Part shown: positions 33,153 through 42,339 of the stretch, one piece after another
Position numbering within the stretch: the stretch's first letter is position 1
How the letters are laid out: each line of letters begins with the position of its first letter
From: Syntrophales bacterium
GTDB taxonomy: Bacteria > Desulfobacterota > Syntrophia > Syntrophales > PHBD01
Length of the DNA: 64,000 bases
Reading direction: 5' to 3'
Assembly: GCA_963668175.1 (NCBI GenBank)
Contig: OY764159.1
Span: forward strand, 2,432,001-2,496,000
Notes under the pieces: model-generated
The model's database searches: none
Told to the model about the DNA's origin: nothing
Seen by the model: only the letters and a program-made list of their open reading frames with translations
Program-made: the position numbers and the translations under genes

Positions 33153-33541
33153 CACTTTCTAGTGCCGATGATTATCAATCGAAATCAAGTATCGTCGGCA
33201 GAAGTGACGATTCATTGATTTCAGGAAGAAGGCGAAGGACTGGAGGGTGTCTTTTCGTGTGAACTCGAAATATTCACAAATGGATTACAGAAAGACGAGA
33301 CAGGTGCAGGGCAGCGAAGACGACAGGACAAACTTCCTCACGGCGGGTATCGTTATGTCCCGCCTCCGGGAAGAATGTCCGGTGCCGTCCGGCGGGCAAA
33401 CTGCACCCTTGCATCCCCGCTGCGGGGAGGCTTGTCTGCTATTCGTACGATGTGCGCGTGGATAAGGCGGCCGACCGACCTTGCGTCTATCCTGTCGGGT
33501 CGATCCGGCCGTCGTTCGAGCGTTGGCGGGCGGGCCGACGG

Positions 33542-33856
33542 TTAGTAACGCGATCTGCCGCCCGGTCTTCCCTTGCCGCCGCCTCTGTTCCCGCCGCCGC
33601 CGCCGCGGTTGTCCGCCCGGGGACGCGCTTCGTTTACGCTCATGTCGCGGTCCTTCAAAGGCTTGCCGTTCAGTCCGGCGATGGCGGCCTGGGCCTCTTC
33701 CTTGACCGGCATCTCGACGAAGCCGAACCCTTTCGAGCGTCCGCTGAATTGATCCATGATGATGTTCACGGATGCAACCTGCCCGAAGGCCGCAAAAGCC
33801 TGCTGCAAATCCTCCTCCTTGACGTTGTACGACAAGTTCCCTACGTAGATGTTCAT
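33542..33856 (-). CDS. RRM RNA-binding protein with Gly-rich tail
   Basis: RNP2 IYVGNL and RNP1 KGFGFVEM; VNEARPR. Confidence 0.95.
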   Translation of the reverse strand: MNIYVGNLSYNVKEEDLQQAFAAFGQVASVNIIMDQFSGRSKGFGFVEMPVKEEAQAAIAGLNGKPLKDRDMSVNEARPRADNRGGGGGNRGGGKGRPGGRSRY

Positions 33857-33941
33857 GGTGTCTCCTTTCCCAAAATGTTTCTGAATTTGAAGATGTCCTG
33901 TTATTCGTTATGACGCGGGGCCTCCTGCGGCCCGCGTCGTC

Positions 33942-35264
33942 CTATTTGGCATGCGCCGTGCGGTTCGACATGTAAAATCCTTCCAGCGTGCGCGGAGCCT
34001 TGCGGGTGCTGCCGGTTCCCTGACCTCGCTGCGGCGGGCGGGCGCCTTTCGGTGCGGCATGCCGCCCGGCTGCTTCGACCCGTCTTCCGCAGCGCTTGAC
34101 GGAATCCGCTCGGCCGGCAACCGCGCTTCCCTCCGGCGCCGGCACGGCATAGTCGAAGCCCTCCAGGGTGCGTCTCGCGATCTTTTCGCCGAGGACGTGC
34201 TCGATGTCGCGCAGAAAAGGCCTGTCCTGGGGTGTCGCCAGGGTGAAGGCGTCCCCCGTCTTCGATGCCCGTCCCGCGCGGCCGATACGGTGGGTATAGG
34301 CTTCCACGGTGTCGGGCATGTCGTAGTTGATGACGTGGGATATCCGGGTGACGTCGATCCCGCGGGCGGCAATGTCGGTCGCCACCAGGATGCGGTACTT
34401 GCCGCTCCGGAAACCGTCTATGGCCGCCTGGCGCCTGTTCTGGGAGAGATCGCCCTGCAGGGACGCCACGGCGAATCCGGCCCTTTTCATCTTTGCAGCG
34501 ACGCTCGTCGTGCGGTGCTTCGTCCGCGCGAACACGAGGACCGATTCCGTGTCCGTCGTCTCGATCAGCTTCATCAGGAGGGGGGTCTTGAGATGCTGCT
34601 CGACCGGGTAGACGCTGTGGGAAACCGTGGATGCGGGCGCTCCGTCGCCGACGCGGATAATCGCCGGATCGTGCAGGATCGCCGTCGCCAGCTGCCGGAT
34701 GTCCTCGGGCATGGTGGCGGAAAAGAGCAGCGTCTGGCGTTTCGCGGGCAGCTTCTTCACGATCTTCCGGATATCGGGCAGGAATCCCATGTCCAGCATG
34801 CGGTCGGCCTCGTCGATGACGAGAACCTCCAGGTCGGAGAAACGGACCGCGCCCTGGTCGGCAAGGTCGAGCAGACGTCCCGGACAGGCGACGACGATTT
34901 CCACTCCTCTGCGGAGACTCTGAAGCTGCGGGACTTTGCTTACGCCGCCGTAGACGGCGACGCTTTTAAGGCCTGTTTCGCGGCCCAGGGCGGCGATGGA
35001 CTCGTTGATCTGTTCCGCGAGTTCCCGTGTCGGGGCAAGGATCAGGGCGCGAGGGACCCTGCGCGGACCGGCTGTCAGCCGATGCAGAACGGGCAGGGCG
35101 AAGGCGGCCGTTTTTCCCGTGCCGGTCTGGGCGATGCCCATGAGGTCTTTCCCCTGGAGAATCGGCGGGATGGTCTGATGTTGGATCGGTGTCGGCGCAC
35201 TGTAACCGATGCGCCGGATGGCTTTTTCGATTTGCGGGTGTAAATGAAACTCTGTAAAACTCAT
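33942..35264 (-). CDS. DEAD-box RNA helicase (RhlE-like)
   Basis: AQTGTGKT, PTRELA, DEAD, SAT, ARGID and HRIGRAGR. Confidence 0.95.
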   Translation of the reverse strand: MSFTEFHLHPQIEKAIRRIGYSAPTPIQHQTIPPILQGKDLMGIAQTGTGKTAAFALPVLHRLTAGPRRVPRALILAPTRELAEQINESIAALGRETGLKSVAVYGGVSKVPQLQSLRRGVEIVVACPGRLLDLADQGAVRFSDLEVLVIDEADRMLDMGFLPDIRKIVKKLPAKRQTLLFSATMPEDIRQLATAILHDPAIIRVGDGAPASTVSHSVYPVEQHLKTPLLMKLIETTDTESVLVFARTKHRTTSVAAKMKRAGFAVASLQGDLSQNRRQAAIDGFRSGKYRILVATDIAARGIDVTRISHVINYDMPDTVEAYTHRIGRAGRASKTGDAFTLATPQDRPFLRDIEHVLGEKIARRTLEGFDYAVPAPEGSAVAGRADSVKRCGRRVEAAGRHAAPKGARPPQRGQGTGSTRKAPRTLEGFYMSNRTAHAK

Positions 35265-35339
35265 TCTTTTCCTTTTCTTGATGATATTTCCGTGCCCTGC
35301 GGTTCGTCGTCCGGAGAGGGCGGTCGGTTGTTGATCTTT

Positions 35340-35501
35340 CTATTCGGTGAGAAACGAAGACTGGTCGCCGGCGGATGTATCGGTTTCCTCGGGTCGGTTG
35401 TTTTTCCTGTCATGGCGTCTGGCCATCTTTTCGTCGGCCTTTCGCTTGCGTTCGAGTTCCTTCTGCCTTTTGGCGAATTGATTCTGATTCTGTTTGGCCA
35501 T
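35340..35501 (-). CDS. Small basic hypothetical protein (53 aa)
   Basis: GGAGGGAG SD; MAKQNQNQFAKRQKELERKRKADEKMARR...; first gene of the helicase operon. Confidence 0.75.
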   Translation of the reverse strand: MAKQNQNQFAKRQKELERKRKADEKMARRHDRKNNRPEETDTSAGDQSSFLTE

Positions 35502-35547
35502 GCTCCCTCCATTGTTATTCGGACATTGTGATTCGTAATGTCGATGC

Positions 35548-35584
35548 AAAAAAAACCCCAGCAGCCCTTCTTACGGGCTCTGGG
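35548..35584 (-). terminator. Terminator-like hairpin within the 5' leader (possible attenuator)
   Basis: CCCAGAGCCC...GGGCTGCTGGG followed by G and T8, lying between the promoter and the first ATG. Confidence 0.65.
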
Positions 35585-35620
35585 ATTGCACGGCCAAAAC
35601 CAATACTAAAAGTCGCCGAT

Positions 35621-35649
35621 CTTATAGGCCTTTAAATGAGCCGTGTCAA
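35621..35649 (-). promoter_or_regulatory. Sigma70-type promoter of the helicase operon
   Basis: TTGACA-N17-TATAAG. Confidence 0.7.
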
Positions 35650-35957
35650 GGATTATTTCAAAATGGCCGGGAAGACGGGCGATTGAAATCCTGTTCCATG
35701 AGGGACATCGGACATGAATGCCATATCCGGCGCGGCCGGATCGTCGCCGCGCCGCTTGTCGGCCGCCGTTCGGCACGCAATGGAAAAAGGCATTGACTTG
35801 CGCCAAGTTGAACGGATAGTACGTATCCGGATGACGAAGATGGACGATGAGCCATGGTTGAAAATTCGCAGGGCGTATGGCTCGACCGTGAATCAATTCC
35901 GGGACGGCATCGACCCGCTGGATGCCGTCCCGGAAGCATTCAAAACGGCCGGCCGGT

Positions 35958-36104
35958 CTATTTTTTTGCCTGCCTGCTCCGGCAGGCAGGGTTGCCGCAT
36001 TCTCCGCAGCCGCATCCGCCCTTCCGGAGGGAGCGGCAGAGGAGCCAGACGGCGGCCAGGATAATCGCCGCCATGGCGATGACATCGACAAGTCCCATCG
36101 TCAT
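35958..36104 (-). CDS. FeoB-associated Cys-rich membrane protein (48 aa)
   Basis: TM helix followed by GGCGCGECGNPAC; ATGA overlap with the feoB stop. Confidence 0.8.
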   Translation of the reverse strand: MTMGLVDVIAMAAIILAAVWLLCRSLRKGGCGCGECGNPACRSRQAKK

Positions 36105-38269
36105 CCCCCCCATCCGAAGAGCTTCCCGCCCTGGTAGACGATAAACGCCGCGATCCAGGCCAGGCCCATCTGGTAGACGAAGGCGACGCCGAACCACTTC
36201 CACGTGCCGAACTCCTGCCGCATGGCGATCGCCACGACGACACAGGGCATGTAGAGGAGGACGAAGACCGAGAAGGCGAAGGCCGAAAGGGGCGTGAACG
36301 TCTTCCGGACAGCCGTCTTGAGGCCGCCGCGCTTTTCGTCCTCTTCGGCGGAGAGGGTGGAGAGCCCCACGGACGCCACGACGTTTTCCCCCGCCTTGCC
36401 GAACGCCCCGGCGAAGGAAACGCCGATCTCCCTGATGTCCCGGGCAAACGTCGTCGGGGCCTTCTTTTCCTCTTCCGCCTTGGCGGCGTAGACCTCTCCC
36501 ATCGTCCCGACGACGATCTCCTTGGCGATGATCCCGGAGATGAGGGAGGAGGCGGCCTCCCACGTCCCGAAACCGAGAGGTGCGAGGACCGGCGCTACGA
36601 CCTGCCCGACCTGCCCGAGGTACGAATCCTTCTTGGTTTCCACCCCCCAGGGGAGATTGAGGAGGAACCAGACGAGGACCGAGACGGCGAGGATGTAAGT
36701 GCCCGCCTTGATCAGGAAGTGTTTCCCCTTTTCCCATGTGTGGATCGCGAGGCTCTTTCCGGACGGCATCCGGTAAGGAGGAAGCTCCATAATGAACATA
36801 GGGGCCTCGCCTCGGAAAAGCGTCCTCTTGAAGATCGCGCCCATGACGATGGCGAGTGCGATGCCGAGGACATAAAGGGTCCACAGCACCGCCCCCGCCT
36901 GCGACGCGAAGAAGGCGCCGATGAAGACGACGTAGACCGGCAGCCTGGCCCCGCAGGACATGAGGGGGATGAGGAGGGCCGTCAGGACCTTGTCCCGCGG
37001 GTTTTCGAGCGTCCGCGTGGCGTATATCCCCGGCACGTTGCAGCCGAAGCCCAGCAGCAGCGGGATGAAGGACTTGCCGTGGAGGCCGACGGCGTGCATC
37101 GCCCGGTCCATGACGAAGGCCGCGCGGGCCATGTAACCGCTGCCTTCCAGGAACGTGATAAAAAACATCATGGCGAAGATGACGGGGACGAAGACGAGGA
37201 CCGATCCCACGCCGGCGATGACGCCTTCCGTTACGAGGGAAACGACCCAGTCGGCGGCCCCCGCAGCATTGAGCAATCGCTCCGCCCAGCTTTTCAGCGG
37301 CCCCCCGATCACGAAGGAGAGCCAGTCGGCGAAAGGCTTGGAGACGTCGAAGGTCAGCTTGAAGACGACCCACATGGCCGCAAGAAAGATGGGGATGCCG
37401 AGGGCGCGGTTGAGGACGACGGCGTCGATCCGTTCCGTGAGTTCCCGCTTTGCCGCGGCGGGCTTTTTCAGGACTTCCCGGACGATCCCCCCCGCGAGTC
37501 CGTAACGGACGTCCGCCAGATGGGATTCCATATCGTCGCCGTGGGCCTCCCGGAGGTGGTCCAGGGCGCCGCCCGACGTCAGGGCGGCGACGTCCGCGGC
37601 CGGTCCCGACGCCTGGACGTCCTGCTCAATCGCCTTGAAAGCGAACCACCGGAGGGGGAGCCCCTGGGCGCTCAGCGAGGGATGGCGGTCCCGGATGCGC
37701 CGGGAGACCTCCTCTGCGGCAGCTTCCAGGTCTTCCCCGTAGTTCAGCTGCCGGGGAGCGCGGGCGGCGGGATCGACGGCGGCATTCGCGGCGGCGTCGA
37801 TCAGTTCGGCGAGGCCCGTGCGGCCCGTCGCCACCGTCGGGACAACCCGTACCCCCAGCATCTCTTCCATAACGGGGACATCGATGCGATATCCCTTCTT
37901 CAAGGCCTCGTCGTGGATGTTCAGGGCGACGACCATGGGGATGCCGAGTTCCATCAACTGGATCGTCAGATAAAAATTCCTTTCGAGATTCGTCGCGTCG
38001 ACGACGTCGATGACGGCGTCCGGGCGTTCCCGGACCAGGTAGTCCCTGGCGACGATCTCCTCCTGCGTATAGGGGCTCAGGCTGTATGTGCCCGGCAGGT
38101 CCACCAGCCGGATCGTAACGTCGCCGCGGTCGAACAGGGCTTCTTTCTTCTCCACCGTGACGCCGGGCCAGTTCCCGACATGGAGCCTGGTTCCCGCAAT
38201 AGCATTGATCAGGGTCGATTTGCCGGAATTGGGGTTGCCGGCGACGGCAATGGTGATATTTTTCTTCAT
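36101..38269 (-). CDS. feoB: Ferrous iron transport protein B
   Basis: GNPNSGKS, VGNWPGVTVEKK, DLPGTYS, GFGCNVP, MSCGARLP and LLYMPC. Confidence 0.97.
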   Translation of the reverse strand: MKKNITIAVAGNPNSGKSTLINAIAGTRLHVGNWPGVTVEKKEALFDRGDVTIRLVDLPGTYSLSPYTQEEIVARDYLVRERPDAVIDVVDATNLERNFYLTIQLMELGIPMVVALNIHDEALKKGYRIDVPVMEEMLGVRVVPTVATGRTGLAELIDAAANAAVDPAARAPRQLNYGEDLEAAAEEVSRRIRDRHPSLSAQGLPLRWFAFKAIEQDVQASGPAADVAALTSGGALDHLREAHGDDMESHLADVRYGLAGGIVREVLKKPAAAKRELTERIDAVVLNRALGIPIFLAAMWVVFKLTFDVSKPFADWLSFVIGGPLKSWAERLLNAAGAADWVVSLVTEGVIAGVGSVLVFVPVIFAMMFFITFLEGSGYMARAAFVMDRAMHAVGLHGKSFIPLLLGFGCNVPGIYATRTLENPRDKVLTALLIPLMSCGARLPVYVVFIGAFFASQAGAVLWTLYVLGIALAIVMGAIFKRTLFRGEAPMFIMELPPYRMPSGKSLAIHTWEKGKHFLIKAGTYILAVSVLVWFLLNLPWGVETKKDSYLGQVGQVVAPVLAPLGFGTWEAASSLISGIIAKEIVVGTMGEVYAAKAEEEKKAPTTFARDIREIGVSFAGAFGKAGENVVASVGLSTLSAEEDEKRGGLKTAVRKTFTPLSAFAFSVFVLLYMPCVVVAIAMRQEFGTWKWFGVAFVYQMGLAWIAAFIVYQGGKLFGWGG

Positions 38270-38493
38270 CCTTTCGCCTCCACGTCGATGTTTTCCGCTT
38301 CCTGCTTCCTCAGGGAAAGGCGGTAATTCTTGACGATCACTTCGATAGGATCGCCCATCGGGGCCACCTTCTCCACCCTGACGGTTTCGCCCGGCAGCAT
38401 CCCCATATCCATCAGACGCCGTTTCCAGGGGCCCTTGGCCTCCATGGAAACGATGACGCCCCCTTCGCCCGGTTTAAGCGCCGACAGTTTCAT
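38266..38493 (-). CDS. feoA: Ferrous iron transport protein A
   Basis: RRLMDMGMLPG, APMGDPIEV and LSLRKQEA. Confidence 0.93.
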   Translation of the reverse strand: MKLSALKPGEGGVIVSMEAKGPWKRRLMDMGMLPGETVRVEKVAPMGDPIEVIVKNYRLSLRKQEAENIDVEAKG

Positions 38494-38785
38494 GGCCGTT
38501 CCCTCCTTTCGTGCCGTTTAAGATTTTCACCATGATCTTCATGGCCATCCCGCGTCCGATGGCGACGCGGGATTCGTCCAGCTTGAGAAGGACCGGTCCC
38601 CGGCCTTCGTTGTTCAGCATCTTCACGGTCTGCCCCTTGCGGATGCCCATGTCGTCCACCCGCCGGCAGCATTCCTTGCCGTGGCCGCAGCACTCGCCGC
38701 CGTTATCACGGCAGCCCCCGCGGCCCGCCCGTACTTCCAGAATCTCGGCCCGTTCGCCGGGCCCGATCAGTCCCAACGGTATCAT
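38474..38785 (-). CDS. feoA: Second FeoA-family protein with Cys-rich insertion
   Basis: RVDDMGIRKG and SRVAIGRGMAMKIMV; AGGAGG SD. Confidence 0.85.
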   Translation of the reverse strand: MIPLGLIGPGERAEILEVRAGRGGCRDNGGECCGHGKECCRRVDDMGIRKGQTVKMLNNEGRGPVLLKLDESRVAIGRGMAMKIMVKILNGTKGGNGHETVGA

Positions 38786-38796
38786 TTTGTCGCCTC

Positions 38797-39639
38797 CTAG
38801 AATGTGAAAGTCATGCCGACGGTTGTGCTCCAATCGGGTGCGCTCCGGGTGAAGCCATAGCGGACGCCGCCGTCGAGGACGATCTTTTCGTTGATTTTGA
38901 AGGTCGCGCCGAGAAGCCCGCTGAGCGGGTCGTTGGGGCCGGTACGGTCGGGATTGCGGTTCCCCGTCACCTCGCCGCAGAGGTGGAATTTATCCGTCAG
39001 CTCGTAATCGAGGGCGACGCCGTAGGAATAGATGTTGCGGATGTTCTCGTCGCCGTTGTCGCCGACGACGGTGTAGCCGAACATGCCGTGGATCGTGTAT
39101 TTCCCGATGGTCTTCGAAACGGCGGCGAAGAGGCCGTAGTCCTTGTCTCCCGAGCCTAGGCCCCGGTCGCTGTTGCCGCTGTTGGTTTTGAAGAGCCCTT
39201 TGAGCGCTACGGCGGGGACGTTCTCCGTCTCCTTGACGATCTGGTATTTGGCGACAAGGTTGACGTCGCCGATGCCGTTTTCGTTTTCGGCCTCGAACGG
39301 AGACCGGAACTGATAGGGGATTTCGGCGGAGAGCTCCAGGTTCTCGGTAACGCCCACGATGGGGACGAGAAGGAAGACCGCGTCCCTGCCGCTGTCCTGC
39401 CCTTTCAGATAGTCCCAGCTCATTTCCGCCTGGAAGACCCCCTTGCCGGCGACGCCGGCATCCTCCGTCGTGAAAGGCCTGTAGGCATGAGCCGGACCTG
39501 AGAACGTCAGAAGCAAGAACAGCGAAAGCAATACGGAGGCGAGGGCAGGGCCTTTCCGCATTGAAGACGCCGCACGGACGGCGTTGCTGCGATGGGATGC
39601 GAAGGGAAAAACAACGGTTTGAACGCTACGTCTTTTCAT
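38797..39639 (-). CDS. Putative outer-membrane beta-barrel transporter (MetA-pathway/phenol-degradation-like)
   Basis: Signal peptide ending AHA-YRPFTTEDAG, GIGDVNLVAKY, amphipathic strands and a terminal Phe. Start is uncertain. Confidence 0.75.
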   Translation of the reverse strand: MKRRSVQTVVFPFASHRSNAVRAASSMRKGPALASVLLSLFLLLTFSGPAHAYRPFTTEDAGVAGKGVFQAEMSWDYLKGQDSGRDAVFLLVPIVGVTENLELSAEIPYQFRSPFEAENENGIGDVNLVAKYQIVKETENVPAVALKGLFKTNSGNSDRGLGSGDKDYGLFAAVSKTIGKYTIHGMFGYTVVGDNGDENIRNIYSYGVALDYELTDKFHLCGEVTGNRNPDRTGPNDPLSGLLGATFKINEKIVLDGGVRYGFTRSAPDWSTTVGMTFTF

Positions 39640-39660
39640 GAAAACACCTCTCTGATGTAT

Positions 39661-39677
39661 TTGATAATCATGATCAA
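39661..39677. promoter_or_regulatory. Fur box 1
   Basis: TTGATAATCATGATCAA. Confidence 0.8.
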
Positions 39678-39897
39678 TAATATTCGAAAAAAGACCGCTT
39701 GTCGGCGGGTCATTCCGTCGATGCGCGGTTTTCAAGACGCGTCCGGGCGGTCGATACGAAAGCTCCGGACGGTTCTTTCCCGGAAAAGCGCAAAGCGCGA
39801 TTCCGGGAGCATGTTGAAACGCGGCCGGCGGAGTATCCCGCCGCCAAAAAAGAAACTGCTCAAAGGACAAAATCATAATGCAACCTCCTTAAAGAAA

Positions 39898-39914
39898 GTG
39901 ATAATCATAATCAA
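39898..39914. promoter_or_regulatory. Fur box 2
   Basis: GTGATAATCATAATCAA. Confidence 0.75.
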
Positions 39915-40315
39915 TAAAGTCTCCTAAAAATCGGCGGTAAAAAAACGGACCGCCGTAAAGCGTCTTATATCTTTGTTACGACGCGTGCCGGATCGGTCGT
40001 AATCGCCGGGAAATCCGCGCGACGTTCCGCCGCAGCCGATCGTAAAGCGGATGAATCCGCGATGGGTTATTCAGACGCTCTATACGCCGTCGCCGGGAGC
40101 GAAAAAAAAGGTCTTCAATCCGAGGCCTAAATATCCCCGAAAGATCGCTCCGGAAGTCGACGCTGTCTCCCTCGTAAGCTTATGAGGCATCTGCCGATAA
40201 GCGACCGATCCCAGGGCAACGGTTTGCGCGGATCGAATCGCGTAGACACGCAGATCTCCACAAGCGCGTCCGGCCGTCTTCATCCGGAGAGACGGCGGTG
40301 CGCCGCATCATAAAC

Positions 40316-40332
40316 ATGATAATCGTTATCAA
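40316..40332. promoter_or_regulatory. Fur box 3
   Basis: ATGATAATCGTTATCAA. Confidence 0.8.
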
Positions 40333-40348
40333 TAGCGTGCGGAAAAAA

Positions 40349-40780
40349 TTACCGGCACGTCCGGCACAGGCCGTATATCTCCATCTTGTGCCGATGGGGG
40401 ACGAAACCGTGCGCCTTGGCCAGCTCGTCCTGGAGGCGTTCGATCCGGTCGTCCTTCACTTCGATGAATTTGCCGCACTTAAGGCAGATCAAATGATCGT
40501 GATGTTCCCGGCCGATCTTCGGTTCGTAACGCGCCTTGTTGCCGCCGATCTTGATCTCCTCGGCAATGCCGCTTTCGCACATGAGCTTCAGGTTGCGGTG
40601 CACGGTCGCGAAGCCGATTTCCGGGTGCCGCTGCTTGAGGAGGGCGTGGAGGTCCTCCGCCGTAATGTGCTTTTCGGCCGAAAGGAAGGCTTCGGCGATG
40701 ACCTCGCGCTGCCGCGTGATGCGGAGCCCCTTGGTCCGAATATAGTCGAAAAAAATGTCCTTCGCCTTAACTGATTTCAT
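40349..40780 (-). CDS. fur: Ferric uptake regulator family protein
   Basis: LRITRQR, HITAEDL, ATVHRNL, HHDHLICLKCG and GLCRTC. Confidence 0.92.
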   Translation of the reverse strand: MKSVKAKDIFFDYIRTKGLRITRQREVIAEAFLSAEKHITAEDLHALLKQRHPEIGFATVHRNLKLMCESGIAEEIKIGGNKARYEPKIGREHHDHLICLKCGKFIEVKDDRIERLQDELAKAHGFVPHRHKMEIYGLCRTCR

Positions 40781-40800
40781 AGCCGATCATTTGCCGTTAA

Positions 40801-40842
40801 TTGATAATGCTGATCAATATCAAAAAATGGGGAGGTTGTCAA
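40801..40842 (-). promoter_or_regulatory. fur promoter overlapped by Fur box 4 (autoregulation)
   Basis: TTGACA-N17-TATTGA on the minus strand; TTGATAATGCTGATCAA at 40801-40817. Confidence 0.75.
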
Positions 40843-41190
40843 GACTTTTTTCTGAGGGCGTCTAAGGGCAGAGAGAAGATGAAGGCCGGTAGACGAAAGA
40901 CGATTGGTTTGTCGAAGTGCGGCGTCCGTGAGGATGCAGCGCGTTGCGTTATTCGACGCAGGAGCATCGTATGCAAGAGACGCAGCGAAAAAACCCATGA
41001 ACGGTTGACGAGGAAAAAGACGGGTAGGGAGGGGCGGAAGAAAGAACAGGAAAGAGAGAGAAGAAGGTTAAGAGATGGAGATGGTTTCCTGCCTCTCTTC
41101 CGCCACAAGAAAGAATAATAAGAGCGGGAGGGCGGACGGAATGCCGCCCTCCGTATGACTATATCTTGTCGGTTGAAACCTGTCGCGGCG

Positions 41191-42339
41191 TTACCGGGCG
41201 CCCAGAAGCTTGCGGGCGATGACGACGCGCTGGATTTCGTTGGTTCCTTCGTAAAGCTGGCAGATCTTGGCGTCTCTCATGTGACGTTCCGCCGGGTATT
41301 CCTTGCAGTAACCGTAACCGCCGAAGATCTGGACGCCTTCGATGGCCGCCTGCATGGCGACGTCGGAGGCATACATCTTGGCCATGGCCGATTCCTTCTC
41401 GTAGTCCAGTTCGTGATCTTCCAGCCAGGCGGCGCGCAGGAGCAGCAATTCAGCCGCGTCGAGCTGGGTGGCCATGTCGGCCAATTTGAACTGGATGGCC
41501 TGGAAGCTGGCGATGGGCTTGCCGAACTGGACGCGCTCCTTGGCGTAATTCAGGGCGTCTTCCAGGGCGGCCTTGCCGATGCCGCAGGCCTGGGAGCCGA
41601 TGCCGATGCGGCCGCAGTCGAGGCCGGACAGCATCTGCTTGAAACCCTGGCCGACCTTGCCGAGCAGGTTTTCCGCCGGGACTTCCGCGTCCTCGAAGAC
41701 CAGCTCGGACGTTCCGGATGCCAGGATGCCCATCTTCTCCTCGATCTTGCCGACGGAGAAGCCCTTGGTGTTCTTCAGGTCGACGATCAGGTTGATGACG
41801 CTCTTGTAACCTTTGGAGGGGTCCGTCGTGGCGGCCAGCACGCAGTACTGCGCGACATTGCCGTTGGTGATGAAGCGCTTGGTGCCGTTGACGATGTACT
41901 TGTCGCCCTTCAGTTCGGCCTTGCAGGCGAGCGCCGCGGCGTCGGAGCCTGCGCCCGCTTCCGTCAGACCGTAGCAGCCTTCAACCTTGCCGCTCGCTAC
42001 GGGGTAAAGGAAGGCTTTCTTCTGCGCGTCCGTTCCGTACATCTTTACGGGAAAACCGTAGAGGGAGTTGTTCACCGACACGATGACGCCGCAGCTTGCA
42101 CAGGCCTTGGAGATGGCGATCATGCAGAGGACGTAGGTTACGTTGTCCATGCCGGCTCCGCCGTATTCCACGGGGACGGCCACGCCCATGATGCCCATTT
42201 CGCCGAGCTTACGGACGATTTCCTGGGGATGACGATGGGTGCGGTCCAACTCCGCCGCGACCGGTTTGATCTCGGTTTCGGCGAACTTGGTCACCTGATC
42301 TTTTACCATTTGCTGCTCTTCCGTTAATCCGAAATTCAT
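41191..42339 (-). CDS. Short-chain (butyryl-CoA-type) acyl-CoA dehydrogenase
   Basis: LTEAGAGSD, NGTKRFITNG, RVQFGKPI, FGGYGY and YEGTNEIQR. Confidence 0.93.
   Translation of the reverse strand: MNFGLTEEQQMVKDQVTKFAETEIKPVAAELDRTHRHPQEIVRKLGEMGIMGVAVPVEYGGAGMDNVTYVLCMIAISKACASCGVIVSVNNSLYGFPVKMYGTDAQKKAFLYPVASGKVEGCYGLTEAGAGSDAAALACKAELKGDKYIVNGTKRFITNGNVAQYCVLAATTDPSKGYKSVINLIVDLKNTKGFSVGKIEEKMGILASGTSELVFEDAEVPAENLLGKVGQGFKQMLSGLDCGRIGIGSQACGIGKAALEDALNYAKERVQFGKPIASFQAIQFKLADMATQLDAAELLLLRAAWLEDHELDYEKESAMAKMYASDVAMQAAIEGVQIFGGYGYCKEYPAERHMRDAKICQLYEGTNEIQRVVIARKLLGAR

Noticed and set aside
36105..37373. 471-aa ORF overlapping feoB
   Set aside because: Only its last 48 codons (35958-36104) form the real Cys-rich peptide. 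The rest is an alternate frame of feoB.
40839..41118. Low-complexity ORFs on both strands upstream of fur
   Set aside because: By-products of the purine/pyrimidine-skewed hairpin region; no SD or motifs.
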